Assembly: GCA_965246875.1 (NCBI GenBank)
Contig: CBDFFU010000006.1
Location: 133,664 to 197,663 of the forward strand
Direction of reading: 5' to 3'
Source: Alphaproteobacteria bacterium
Lineage (GTDB): Bacteria; Pseudomonadota; Alphaproteobacteria; Micavibrionales; SZUA-601
DNA: 64,000 nucleotides
Part shown: positions 1 through 8,557 of the stretch, piece after piece
How positions within the stretch are numbered: position 1 is the stretch's first letter
How the letters are laid out: each line of letters begins with the position of its first letter
Notes under the pieces: generated by a model
The model's database searches: none
Told to the model about the DNA's origin: nothing
Seen by the model: the letters and a program-made list of their open reading frames with translations, nothing else
Program-made: the position numbers and the translations under genes

Positions 1-537
1 GTCGGTGGAAAAGGCGAGAATGGGAATATTGGTTTTGGCCGTGACAGGTTCCACTTCGCGCACATTGGCGGCAAAGATCGGGCCCAGCATAACCGTTGCA
101 CCATCGCGCAGGGCCTGTTGTGCGGCTTGGGGCGCACTGGGGTTGGTGTCACGCGGGATCAGCGTGACATGATCGGCATGCAAATCACTCAACGCCAATT
201 GTGCGGCGTTCAACATGGCTTGACCCAATGGAGCCTGTCCACCGCTGAGTGGCACCAGCAAACCGACTTTGACCGGTATGGTTTTAGCGGAAGCGGCTGG
301 CATGTCTTTGGAGGGGGTGGTTACTAGTGGCGCGCTGTCGATCGTGCTGGCCGGCATGGCTTCAAATTTAGGCACATCGTAAATATCGGTCGCGCTGGAT
401 TGCGCGCTTGGCAGATGGGATGTGGGTCTTGTGGTCGAGGTCGCGCATCCGGCTAATAATAATGTACCCAGCAAGCCAGACAGTATCGCACGATGCAGAG
501 TTTTGGTAGAATGAGGGAGACCGGAGTGGGCAGGCAT
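1..537 (-). CDS. Penicillin-binding protein activator LpoA-like / periplasmic-binding-fold lipoprotein (N-terminal part, runs off the window)
   Basis: Manual translation: MPAHSG...LLGTLLLAGC (lipobox) ...VKVGLLVPLSGGQAPLGQAMLNAAQLAL...LIPRDT...MLGPIFA...ILAFSTD. It is divergent from rsmI-yraN-BON, the conserved yra-type context. Absent from the ORF track because its stop lies outside the window. Confidence 0.8.
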   Translation of the reverse strand, partial: MPAHSGLPHSTKTLHRAILSGLLGTLLLAGCATSTTRPTSHLPSAQSSATDIYDVPKFEAMPASTIDSAPLVTTPSKDMPAASAKTIPVKVGLLVPLSGGQAPLGQAMLNAAQLALSDLHADHVTLIPRDTNPSAPQAAQQALRDGATVMLGPIFAANVREVEPVTAKTNIPILAFSTD

Positions 538-1474
538 GAAGGTTAATCCCTATTTTTATTTTAGTGGCAGTGACGTGACCGACGAGACATCCAATTTATG
601 GCCACAGGGCTTAAAAGCAAGCGCAGGCCAGTTGGTGCCGGCGCTTTATGTGGTGCCGACGCCGATCGGCAATTTGCGTGATATCACGTTGCGGGCGTTA
701 GATGTGTTAACGCATTGTCATGTCGTCTATGCCGAAGACACACGGGTCGCGTCGCGCCTGTTACAGGCCTATGCGTTGAACACGAAAATCGCCCGGTATG
801 ATGAGCATGTGCATGACGCGGTGTCTGGCCAGATTATTCAAGCCATCCAGAACGGGCAAATTGTTGCACTGATCAGCGATGCCGGAACGCCGGCAATCAG
901 TGACCCCGGGCAATATCTGGTGCAGGCCTGCCGTGCAGCAAATGTTACAGTGATTGCCTTGCCCGGTGCGTCAGCCATGACCACGGCCTTGAGTGGGGCC
1001 GGTTTGCGCACCAACAGTTTTTCCTTTATCGGATTTCTGCCGACGAAAAGCAAAGCGCGGCAGACGCTTTTAGCGGAATGGCAGGCGCGCCGTGAAACGC
1101 TGGTGCTGTTTGAATCACCCAACCGCATTGCCGCCATGCTAAACGATGTCGCCGCGGTGATGGGCCCATTGCGCCGGATCGCCATTGCGCGCGAATTGAC
1201 GAAAAAATTTGAAGAATATTTGATCGGCAGCGTCAGCGACGTGCAACAAACGATCGACACCCATACGCATCTCAAAGGCGAAATGGTAGTATTGATCGAA
1301 GGCAATGACAATGATGCCAAACCGCTGGGTGACCCGGATATCGATGCCTTGTTGCGCGGAGCGTTGCAGACGCAATCCCTGCGCGACGCGGTACAACATG
1401 TCGTGGCTGCCACCGGATTGAAAAAACAGATGGTTTATCAACGCGCATTGACATTGAGCGGCGATGACGATTGA
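536..1474 (+). CDS. rsmI: 16S rRNA (cytidine1402-2'-O)-methyltransferase
   Basis: LYVVPTPIGNLRDITLRAL, AEDTR, LISDAGTPAISDPG, FESPNR, ARELTKKFEE motifs. True start may be GTG at 575. Confidence 0.95.
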   Translation: MKVNPYFYFSGSDVTDETSNLWPQGLKASAGQLVPALYVVPTPIGNLRDITLRALDVLTHCHVVYAEDTRVASRLLQAYALNTKIARYDEHVHDAVSGQIIQAIQNGQIVALISDAGTPAISDPGQYLVQACRAANVTVIALPGASAMTTALSGAGLRTNSFSFIGFLPTKSKARQTLLAEWQARRETLVLFESPNRIAAMLNDVAAVMGPLRRIAIARELTKKFEEYLIGSVSDVQQTIDTHTHLKGEMVVLIEGNDNDAKPLGDPDIDALLRGALQTQSLRDAVQHVVAATGLKKQMVYQRALTLSGDDD

Positions 1475-1823
1475 GCGTTTGCACCGTTACAAGACCGGTT
1501 TGTGGGCCGAATGGCTGGCGGCGGCGTATCTGTGGTGCAAGGGTTATAAAATTCTGGCGTGGCGTTACAAGACGAGGCTTGGCGAAATTGATTTGATTGC
1601 GTCCAAAGGACGGGCTTTGGTCTTTATCGAGGTCAAGGCGCGCCGGCAGCGTGATAGAGGGCTGGACGCTGTCTCCATGACGGCTTGGCAACGCATTGCG
1701 CGGGCTGCCAGTCATTTCCACGCCCGACAATACGCCGGAACCTGGACGGATTGGCGTTATGATCTGATAGTTGTCACCCCGTGGCGGTTGCCGTATCATC
1801 AGAAAGATACTTATCGTCCTTAA
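1464..1823 (+). CDS. yraN: YraN family (UPF0102) putative endonuclease
   Basis: G..AE..AA.YL..KGY.IL..RYKT..GEIDLIA....LVFIEVKAR; follows rsmI. Confidence 0.9.
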   Translation: MTIERLHRYKTGLWAEWLAAAYLWCKGYKILAWRYKTRLGEIDLIASKGRALVFIEVKARRQRDRGLDAVSMTAWQRIARAASHFHARQYAGTWTDWRYDLIVVTPWRLPYHQKDTYRP

Positions 1824-1852
1824 AGGTCGCCCCTAAAGATTATTGTTGGAGA

Positions 1853-2650
1853 ATGTCGATGCGCGTTTTATCTGTTGCCTTGTTGTCTGTTTTGATGACG
1901 ACCGCCTGTGCGCCGGTGGGCTTACTAGTCGGTGCCGGAGCAACCGTGGGTACAGCCGCGTCGAAAGAAGGCGGTTTGAGCCAGTCCGTCTCTGACAAAC
2001 GCATAACGTTGTATATTCAAGACGCCTGGTTCCGTTATGACACCTCGATGCTGCGCAAATTGAATGTGACCTCGACCGAAGGCCGCGTGTTGTTGACGGG
2101 GATCGTGCAAAATTCACAAGCGCGGGTTGATGCGGTGCGTTTGGCATGGCAGGCCCCGGGCGTGAAACAGATCATCAACGAAATCAAAGTCGAAGGCAGC
2201 GAAGGCCTCAGCGGTTACAGCCGTGACAAATGGATCGCCGCCCAACTGCGCAGCAAACTGGTGTTCGACAAGGACATCGAATCCATCAATTACACCACTG
2301 AAACCGTCGGCGGCATCATCTATATCATGGGCGTCGCGCAAAACCAGGCCGAGCTGGACCGCGTGATGGGCTATGCCCGCTCGATCCGCTATGTGAAAGA
2401 TGTCGTGTCGTATGCCCGCGTCATCGATCAGAATGGCGGCTATAACAGCAAGACGAATAGTGCGCCGATGCAGACCAATAATTACACCAGCAGCACATCG
2501 TCGTCGGGGTCATACAATAACGCGGCGTCCAGTGCGCCGGTGTCTTCGTCGTCTTCATCAAATGCGACCAATGGTGGCGGGTATGATTATCAGCCGGAAT
2601 CACGTCGTGGCGCGCTGGTGGAGAGTGGCGATCTGGCGCCGGTGAAATAG
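1853..2650 (+). CDS. BON-domain lipoprotein (YraP/DolP-like) with Ser-rich C-terminal tail
   Basis: Lipobox MTTAC; two BON-like repeats (GRVLLTGIV...AVRLAW..GVKQIINEI; GIIYIMG...ELDRV...ARSIRYVKDVVSY); yra-type context. Confidence 0.88.
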   Translation: MSMRVLSVALLSVLMTTACAPVGLLVGAGATVGTAASKEGGLSQSVSDKRITLYIQDAWFRYDTSMLRKLNVTSTEGRVLLTGIVQNSQARVDAVRLAWQAPGVKQIINEIKVEGSEGLSGYSRDKWIAAQLRSKLVFDKDIESINYTTETVGGIIYIMGVAQNQAELDRVMGYARSIRYVKDVVSYARVIDQNGGYNSKTNSAPMQTNNYTSSTSSSGSYNNAASSAPVSSSSSSNATNGGGYDYQPESRRGALVESGDLAPVK

Positions 2651-2659
2651 TTTTTAATC

Positions 2660-2772
2660 TCATCCTGGGAGCAGTAAAGCGAATACCGGTAGCAATCGAC
2701 CGTCGGAATCTGTCTTTTAAAATTTATTGAATTAATATCCCGGATATTTGATTTGCAAATTCCGGGATGACA
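2660..2772. repeat. REP-like palindromic element / bidirectional terminator between convergent BON and hflC genes
   Basis: Hairpin ATCCCGGA-T-ATTTG...CAAAT-TCCGGGAT at 2737-2768; outer TCATCC (2660) is complementary to GGATGA (2765); shares GGGATGACA end with the hairpin at 55649-55688. Confidence 0.55.
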
Positions 2773-2792
2773 TAGTCTTTATAATTAGAGAC

Positions 2793-3782
2793 TTATTTTT
2801 GACTCTCAAAATACTTCAAAAAATCATTTTTCGGCGACAAAACAAACGTTTTATCCGTGCCGCCCAATGCACTGCGATAAGCGTCCAGTGACCGGTAAAA
2901 GGCATAAAAATCGGCATCACGGTTATAGGACTGGTTATAGATAGTACCCGCTTCGGCGTCGCCCTGGCCGCGCAGGATGTTGGCGTCGCGGTGCGCTTCG
3001 GCCAGCAGCACAGTACGTTCTTTTTCTGCAGAAGACCTGATTTCCAAAGCGCGTTTTTCACCGAATGACCGGATTTCAGCGGCGCGTTGGGCGCGTTCCG
3101 ATTGCATGCGGCTGAAGGTGGATTCTTTGAGGTTGGCGGTGAGGTCGGCGCGGTTGATGCGGACATCGACAATTTCCAGGCCAAAGTTTTTGACCTGTGC
3201 ATTCACGCGTTCCTTGATATTTTGCATCAATTTCACACGGTCGCTGGACAGGAGTTGTTCCAGTGTGGCACGGCCCAAGACATCGCGCGTCGTACTGTCG
3301 ATCTCGTTGGTCAGACGCAATTCCGCCGCGTCTTCGGTGCTGAGACGTTGGCGAAATTTCAGCGGGTCGGTGATGCGATAACGGGCAAAAGTGTCGACGA
3401 TGACCGGCAAGCCGTTGACGGAGCTGTCATCACGATTGAACGGATCATAAGCTACTTCGGCCGTTTTGATATCGGCTGATGGAGTTGCTGTAACAGGTAC
3501 GGGGGCGGCGACCAGGCTTGCCAGGCTGCCGCGTTCGTTGGCGAGCAAAATGCGTTCCGGGCGCGGGTCGACATCCAGAATGCGTTTGTCGAAATATTGC
3601 GCCTGTTGCAGAAACGGCCATTTAAAATGCGGGCCGGCGGTGCGGATGATGCGTTTCGGTTCACCCAATTGCAGCACCAGAACCTGTTCATATTCACGCA
3701 CGATGAACAAGGTGCTGTTCAACAGGAAAATGACAGCAAAACCCAGGAAGATGTAAAGCAAGGTGTGACGTGAGGCGTTCAT
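2793..3782 (-). CDS. hflC: Protease modulator HflC (SPFH domain)
   Basis: N-terminal TM, GPHFKWPFLQ, YRITDPLKF, DVRINRADL, RMQSERAQRAAEIRS, FYAFYRSLDAY; downstream of hflK. Confidence 0.95.
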   Translation of the reverse strand: MNASRHTLLYIFLGFAVIFLLNSTLFIVREYEQVLVLQLGEPKRIIRTAGPHFKWPFLQQAQYFDKRILDVDPRPERILLANERGSLASLVAAPVPVTATPSADIKTAEVAYDPFNRDDSSVNGLPVIVDTFARYRITDPLKFRQRLSTEDAAELRLTNEIDSTTRDVLGRATLEQLLSSDRVKLMQNIKERVNAQVKNFGLEIVDVRINRADLTANLKESTFSRMQSERAQRAAEIRSFGEKRALEIRSSAEKERTVLLAEAHRDANILRGQGDAEAGTIYNQSYNRDADFYAFYRSLDAYRSALGGTDKTFVLSPKNDFLKYFESQK

Positions 3783-3787
3783 GGCGA

Positions 3788-4921
3788 TTAATCCTTGTCG
3801 CTTGGGCTGCGCGGTGTGATGGGCGTTGCGCGTTGCAGATCATTCAAATTGAGAAAGGACACGGGGGCTGAGCCGCTGCCATCGGTGATAATCACGCGAT
3901 TTTTTTCTAAAACTTCCTGAACCGCATCGATATAGAGACGTGACCGCGTAACGGCCGGCGATTTCACATAGACGGAATACACATCGTCAAAGCGTTTGGC
4001 TTCACCCTTGGCTTGGGAGACGACTTGTTCCTTGTAGCCTTCGGCTTCCTTGGTCAGGCGAATCGCGTCACCCTGCGCACGCGGCACAATTTCGTTGCGG
4101 TATTTATAGGCTTGGTTCTTATTGGTTTCAGCCTGTTGGGTGGCGCGGATGACATCTTCAAAGGCTTCCAAAACGGGCGGCGGGACGCTGGCGTCTTGGA
4201 TTAAGACTTGCGTGATCGACACGCCCGACTGATAGCTGTCGAGAATGGCCTGCATATTGGCGCGCACGCGGTTGGCGACGTCTTCACGCTGATCAGTAAT
4301 AATATCCTGTAAATCATGCTGGCCAACGATTTCACGCATGGCGCTTTCGGCGACTTTTTTGATCGTGTTTTCCGGGTCGCGAATGTTATAGAGAAAATCA
4401 CGCGCCGTACCGATTTTCCATTGCACGACAAAATCAATGTCGACGATGTTCGCGTCGCCCGTCAGCATTTCGCTTTCTTCGGGCGTATCGAGGCGTTCGC
4501 CATTCGCACCGCGAAAACCGATCTCTAGGCGTTGTTCGAACGTGACATTCAATTTTTGCGCAGTTTCAAACGGCCACGGCCAATGATAATTCAAACCCTG
4601 TTCTTCGACCGTATCGGTGTAACGGCCAAAACGGGTAATGATCGCTTGTTGTTCCGGTTCAACACGATAGAGGCCGCTGGCCAGCCATAACAATAAAACG
4701 GCGAGCAATCCCAAAGCGATTTTTTGGGAATTGTCGCCCGATTGACGCAGCCAGTTCAGAAAGGGTGGTGTGCCACCGCCATTGTTGAAACTCTGCCAGT
4801 TTTTCGGCGGGATCGGACCTTTTGGGCCAAATGGTTTTGCGGCATCGGGTTTTTGATTGTCCGCTGGCCGTGGCCCCCATGGATTATCAGTCATCAGAAG
4901 GTGATTGTTATCATGGGCCAT
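3788..4921 (-). CDS. hflK: FtsH protease modulator HflK
   Basis: MAHDNN...NPWG, SGLYRVEPEQQAIITRFGRY, GLNYHWPWPFE, MLTGDANIVDI, AESAMREIVG. Start set at 4921; the track's longer ORF is a shadow extension over mrp. Confidence 0.95.
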   Translation of the reverse strand: MAHDNNHLLMTDNPWGPRPADNQKPDAAKPFGPKGPIPPKNWQSFNNGGGTPPFLNWLRQSGDNSQKIALGLLAVLLLWLASGLYRVEPEQQAIITRFGRYTDTVEEQGLNYHWPWPFETAQKLNVTFEQRLEIGFRGANGERLDTPEESEMLTGDANIVDIDFVVQWKIGTARDFLYNIRDPENTIKKVAESAMREIVGQHDLQDIITDQREDVANRVRANMQAILDSYQSGVSITQVLIQDASVPPPVLEAFEDVIRATQQAETNKNQAYKYRNEIVPRAQGDAIRLTKEAEGYKEQVVSQAKGEAKRFDDVYSVYVKSPAVTRSRLYIDAVQEVLEKNRVIITDGSGSAPVSFLNLNDLQRATPITPRSPSDKD

Positions 4922-4991
4922 GGTTTTTACTTTCTGACGTGATATTCTAAAGTCATCCTCTTCTCTATCATTTTCGACTGTCTTTGCCAAC

Positions 4992-6128
4992 ATGCCTTCA
5001 ATATTCACACGTTTCCGCCAAGCGGTGCAGACGGCAAGACATGCCGCTGTCATGGAACGCATCCAACAATGTCTGGCGCAGGTCGCCGGTTTTCCAGTGG
5101 CTGGGATTGAAAATATTTTGTGTGAAAACGGCCATGTGCTGGTGACAGTGCAAATTGACACAGCGCAGGCTGAGGCGATGCAACAGCTTGCCTCACAAGC
5201 GGAGCAAACATTGCAACAACTGCATGGTGTGCAATCGGCGCGGGTGATTTTAACGGCGGAACGTGAAGCAAAACCGCCTGTGGCAGATGGACATGTCGCC
5301 ATTAAAATGGGTGATAATAAATCAAACAGTGAACGATTATTGGCACCGCAGGTGAAGCATATTATCGCGGTTGCGTCGGGCAAGGGCGGGGTTGGTAAAT
5401 CGACGGTGGCGGTCAATCTGGCGGTCGCGCTGCAACAGCAAGGTTTGACGGTTGGTTTATTGGACGCGGATATTTATGGTCCATCCATCCCGACGATGTT
5501 AGGCATTGCTGACCAAAAACCGGAACAAGCACCAGGCGCAGACGGTGGCGATTATTTGCAGCCGTTGCAAGCGCATGGCCTACATGTGATGTCGATGGGG
5601 TCACTGGTCGGTGGTGATGCGCCTATGATCTGGCGCGGGCCGATGGTGCAATCGGCGATCCAGCAAATGCTGCGCGACGTTGCGTGGGGTGCCTTGGATA
5701 TATTGGTGTTGGATATGCCACCGGGAACGGGTGACGCGCAATTGACCGTGGCGCAAAAAGTGCCACTGAAGGGGGCGGTGATTGTCTCGACGCCACAGGA
5801 CATTGCCTGGCTGGATGCGACCAAGGGGATCGCGATGTTCCGCAAGGTGGGTGTGCCGATTTTGGGTGTCGTTGAAAATATGAGTCAGTTCTGTTGCCCA
5901 AACTGTCATCATGTCACACCGCTGTTTGGTGCCAGCCGTGCGCCGGAACGAGCAAGAGTGTTAAATGTCGATTATCTGGGCGATATTCCGCTGGACCCGG
6001 AGTTGCAACAAAGCGCAGACCGCGGCCGGCCGTTGGTTTTGACTAACGGACACCCGGTAGCCGCGGCATTTTCGAATTTAGCATTTGCAATCAAACAGAA
6101 ATTGGATGCCCGAACCGATGCAAGATGA
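4992..6128 (+). CDS. mrp: Mrp/NBP35 (ApbC) iron-sulfur cluster carrier ATPase
   Basis: IAVASGKGGVGKST, LLDADIYGPS, MIWRGPM, LDMPPGTGD, STPQD, ENMSQFCCPNC. Confidence 0.95.
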   Translation: MPSIFTRFRQAVQTARHAAVMERIQQCLAQVAGFPVAGIENILCENGHVLVTVQIDTAQAEAMQQLASQAEQTLQQLHGVQSARVILTAEREAKPPVADGHVAIKMGDNKSNSERLLAPQVKHIIAVASGKGGVGKSTVAVNLAVALQQQGLTVGLLDADIYGPSIPTMLGIADQKPEQAPGADGGDYLQPLQAHGLHVMSMGSLVGGDAPMIWRGPMVQSAIQQMLRDVAWGALDILVLDMPPGTGDAQLTVAQKVPLKGAVIVSTPQDIAWLDATKGIAMFRKVGVPILGVVENMSQFCCPNCHHVTPLFGASRAPERARVLNVDYLGDIPLDPELQQSADRGRPLVLTNGHPVAAAFSNLAFAIKQKLDARTDAR

Positions 6129-6245
6129 TTCGCTAAACTATTGTATTTTATGTTAAAAGTCAAAATATTAAACATTTATATTATAATACATTTGACATTT
6201 GTATAAAATTGTATAAGAATGAATTGAATAGTCCTATTCCATTGA

Positions 6246-7757
6246 TTGAAGGACACGGCGATGGCAACACAGTATCAAACGGCTTTTTCCGCACCTGTTT
6301 GGGCCTTGACGCCCACTGTGCAAACGCCTGTCTCTTATGCGTCGCGCGTCGGATTAGGCATTGCGGGGACTGTGAATGGCAAATCTCTCAAAGATCATCT
6401 CGCATTAACCGTCAGCACCAGAGCCTTAAAGTTACCAACTCCGGCCAACGCGAATCAAAAACATTACGACGCATTTCGCAAACAGGTCGAGCGCAACGCC
6501 GAATGGAAAAATCTTTCTGTTGCCGAGGTAAAACAGGACGAAGCCAAGACAATTGCTAAAGCTGACGTTGACGATGCGCCAGAACCCCTAGAGCTGACGG
6601 CACCTGATATTCAACCTGTTGTGATTGAAGATACTCTCCCTGATGAGCCTGAGATCGACATGGCTACGCCGCAGGGTGATGCATTGGAAGCAGAAGAGAT
6701 GTTGCTTCAACAGCTGATGACGCGCGCACAGCAACGTACCTTGATCGCATTGGACGTGATGACGCAATATCTGGACGATGTGTTGCAAGCGCAATCTCAA
6801 GGCGGCTTGAACAGCAAAGCGGCGATTAAGGACTTTCTGGATTATGCGGTGGCGCAAGAGGCGATGCAGTTTATGGCCTCTGATGCCAACCCTGCCGAAA
6901 TGGTCAATCCGCTGGCTTTGCAAGCCTTGGGGCAACGCATTGAAACGCTGGCACTTCCATTTTCGGTGGGACATGCAGAAGCAAAGCCAGCTGCCTTTGT
7001 ACAAAACCAGCATGACATGACCGCACCACAAACGGTGGCACAGTCCCAAAGCCTGTCGGCACAGTTGAAAAATGATCTTGCCATCATTGCGGTTAGCACG
7101 GATTTTGATCCGCTGGTCGTGCAACAGGCGGCATTGCAACTGCAAGCACTGCCTGAATTGAATAAAGGTTTGAATGTTGCACAGGATGCAGCTGTTGCGC
7201 CAATAGCGCCTGTCAGTGCAACACCTGCTCCGTCCATAGGTCCAAATGAAAATGCCGTTGTTAGTTTGATTGCGAAAGCGAAAGAACAGAAGGCGGAGCA
7301 GAATAGAGAGATTTTGCAAAAAGAATTTGATGGTCAAACAGATACGCGTCAATTGAATGCCGCTTATTTTTATAATGGCCAACGTGTAAATTATGGCGAA
7401 ACACTTCAGGGAACGACAATCAAAGTTGCTGCTGAAACACCATCCGGGGCAGATAATTCGTTATTGAGTCGCAAAACCATTAAGCCTCATGCGCTTGTCC
7501 GTAGCATTGCTGAACAGCGCATTCAGGCGTTTGCTGGAACTGTTAGTGATCATACAGCGTCAACACCAGGTTTAATCGTAACAGTCATTAATTCTGATGG
7601 CGCAACAGTAAAAGATAATTTATTACAGAAAAAAATAGAGTTCAATTTAAATGCTTATAAAATTGGCAACGTTGACAATAACCTTAAAGATCATACAGCA
7701 CACACCATTTATAAAAATCCAGACCTGCGTCAAATGGGCTTAAGCGTATCGTTCTAA
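6246..7757 (+). CDS. Hypothetical protein, 503 aa, Ala/Gln-rich
   Basis: Long open frame with GAAGGA RBS after an AT-rich upstream region; no family recognised. Confidence 0.75.
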   Translation: MKDTAMATQYQTAFSAPVWALTPTVQTPVSYASRVGLGIAGTVNGKSLKDHLALTVSTRALKLPTPANANQKHYDAFRKQVERNAEWKNLSVAEVKQDEAKTIAKADVDDAPEPLELTAPDIQPVVIEDTLPDEPEIDMATPQGDALEAEEMLLQQLMTRAQQRTLIALDVMTQYLDDVLQAQSQGGLNSKAAIKDFLDYAVAQEAMQFMASDANPAEMVNPLALQALGQRIETLALPFSVGHAEAKPAAFVQNQHDMTAPQTVAQSQSLSAQLKNDLAIIAVSTDFDPLVVQQAALQLQALPELNKGLNVAQDAAVAPIAPVSATPAPSIGPNENAVVSLIAKAKEQKAEQNREILQKEFDGQTDTRQLNAAYFYNGQRVNYGETLQGTTIKVAAETPSGADNSLLSRKTIKPHALVRSIAEQRIQAFAGTVSDHTASTPGLIVTVINSDGATVKDNLLQKKIEFNLNAYKIGNVDNNLKDHTAHTIYKNPDLRQMGLSVSF

Positions 7758-7944
7758 GCTAAACGCTGACTGGCCAGAAACACTTCTCCAAATCCTAGAC
7801 ACGCCAAAACTCTGCATGATCGAGATGCAGCAAGCGCACAGCTCTATGAGCTGACTTTATATCGGCTCTGGTCAACACCTTGCGCAGCATTCGCAATTTA
7901 TCAGGCTGCGCTTGATGCGACTGTGTTATGATGTGACAGTATCG

Positions 7945-8271
7945 TCAGGCGTCTTCTTTGACGTGCACCGCTTCATCATGATCAGCGGATGATGCCTCGG
8001 GCGCTTTTTCGGCCGGGGCTTCATAGGCTTTCAGCTCTGATTTCGTCGGCGGGGATTGGCGCGTGACTTCACCGGTCGATTTATCGCGGTACTGGATAAT
8101 CGCTGTACTCGTCGAACGATCGATCTTAATGACAGGTGAAAAATAGACGACAGAGGGTTTATTCGCGATCTGGGCTTCGGCTAGTTTCTGTTCCTTGGCT
8201 TGATCGGTTGTGACGTCTTGGACCGGTGGCACCGGAACCGCAACGGCGGCAATCAGTGGTGTAATGTTCAT
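7945..8271 (-). CDS. Small FlaG-like / flagellum-associated hypothetical protein
   Basis: FSPVIKIDRSTSTAIIQYRDKSTGEVTRQSPP resembles the FlaG C-terminal D..TGEVIRQ.P motif; divergent from fliF. Confidence 0.5.
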   Translation of the reverse strand: MNITPLIAAVAVPVPPVQDVTTDQAKEQKLAEAQIANKPSVVYFSPVIKIDRSTSTAIIQYRDKSTGEVTRQSPPTKSELKAYEAPAEKAPEASSADHDEAVHVKEDA

Positions 8272-8464
8272 GAGCCTTCTCCTGCTCAAGTGATTGAGAA
8301 TCGATTCTCGATTCCCTTCCATACACTTATTATGACTTATAAATGTGAATCGCTGGTGAATCAGAGGGATAAGTCAGTTCACAGTCATTTACCGGCAGTT
8401 TCTGCAGTGTGACCTCCCCGTCTTGCGATAATGAACGAGACGATAGGCAAAATTTTCCCGTATC

Positions 8465-8528
8465 TTAACGGCTCTTTTACGAGCCGCGCGCCACACTAAG
8501 AGCAGAAAGACGCTTAACCGCTGTTTCA
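8465..8528 (+). promoter_or_regulatory. Two CtrA-like boxes upstream of fliF
   Basis: TTAA-CGGCTCT-TTTA (8465-8479) and TTAA-CCGCTGT-TTCA (8514-8528), each one mismatch from TTAA-N7-TTAA. Confidence 0.55.
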
Positions 8529-8557
8529 TCGCTGTTTTGGCCAACGGAGAAAACCCC

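Noticed and set aside
4922-5416. N-terminal extension of the 542-aa hflK ORF
   Set aside because: It is antisense to mrp; HflK-like sequence begins at MAHDNN (4921).
8430-8460. Sigma-54 promoter for the FlaG-like gene
   Set aside because: GG to GC spacing is 9 nt rather than 10, and there is no TGGC.
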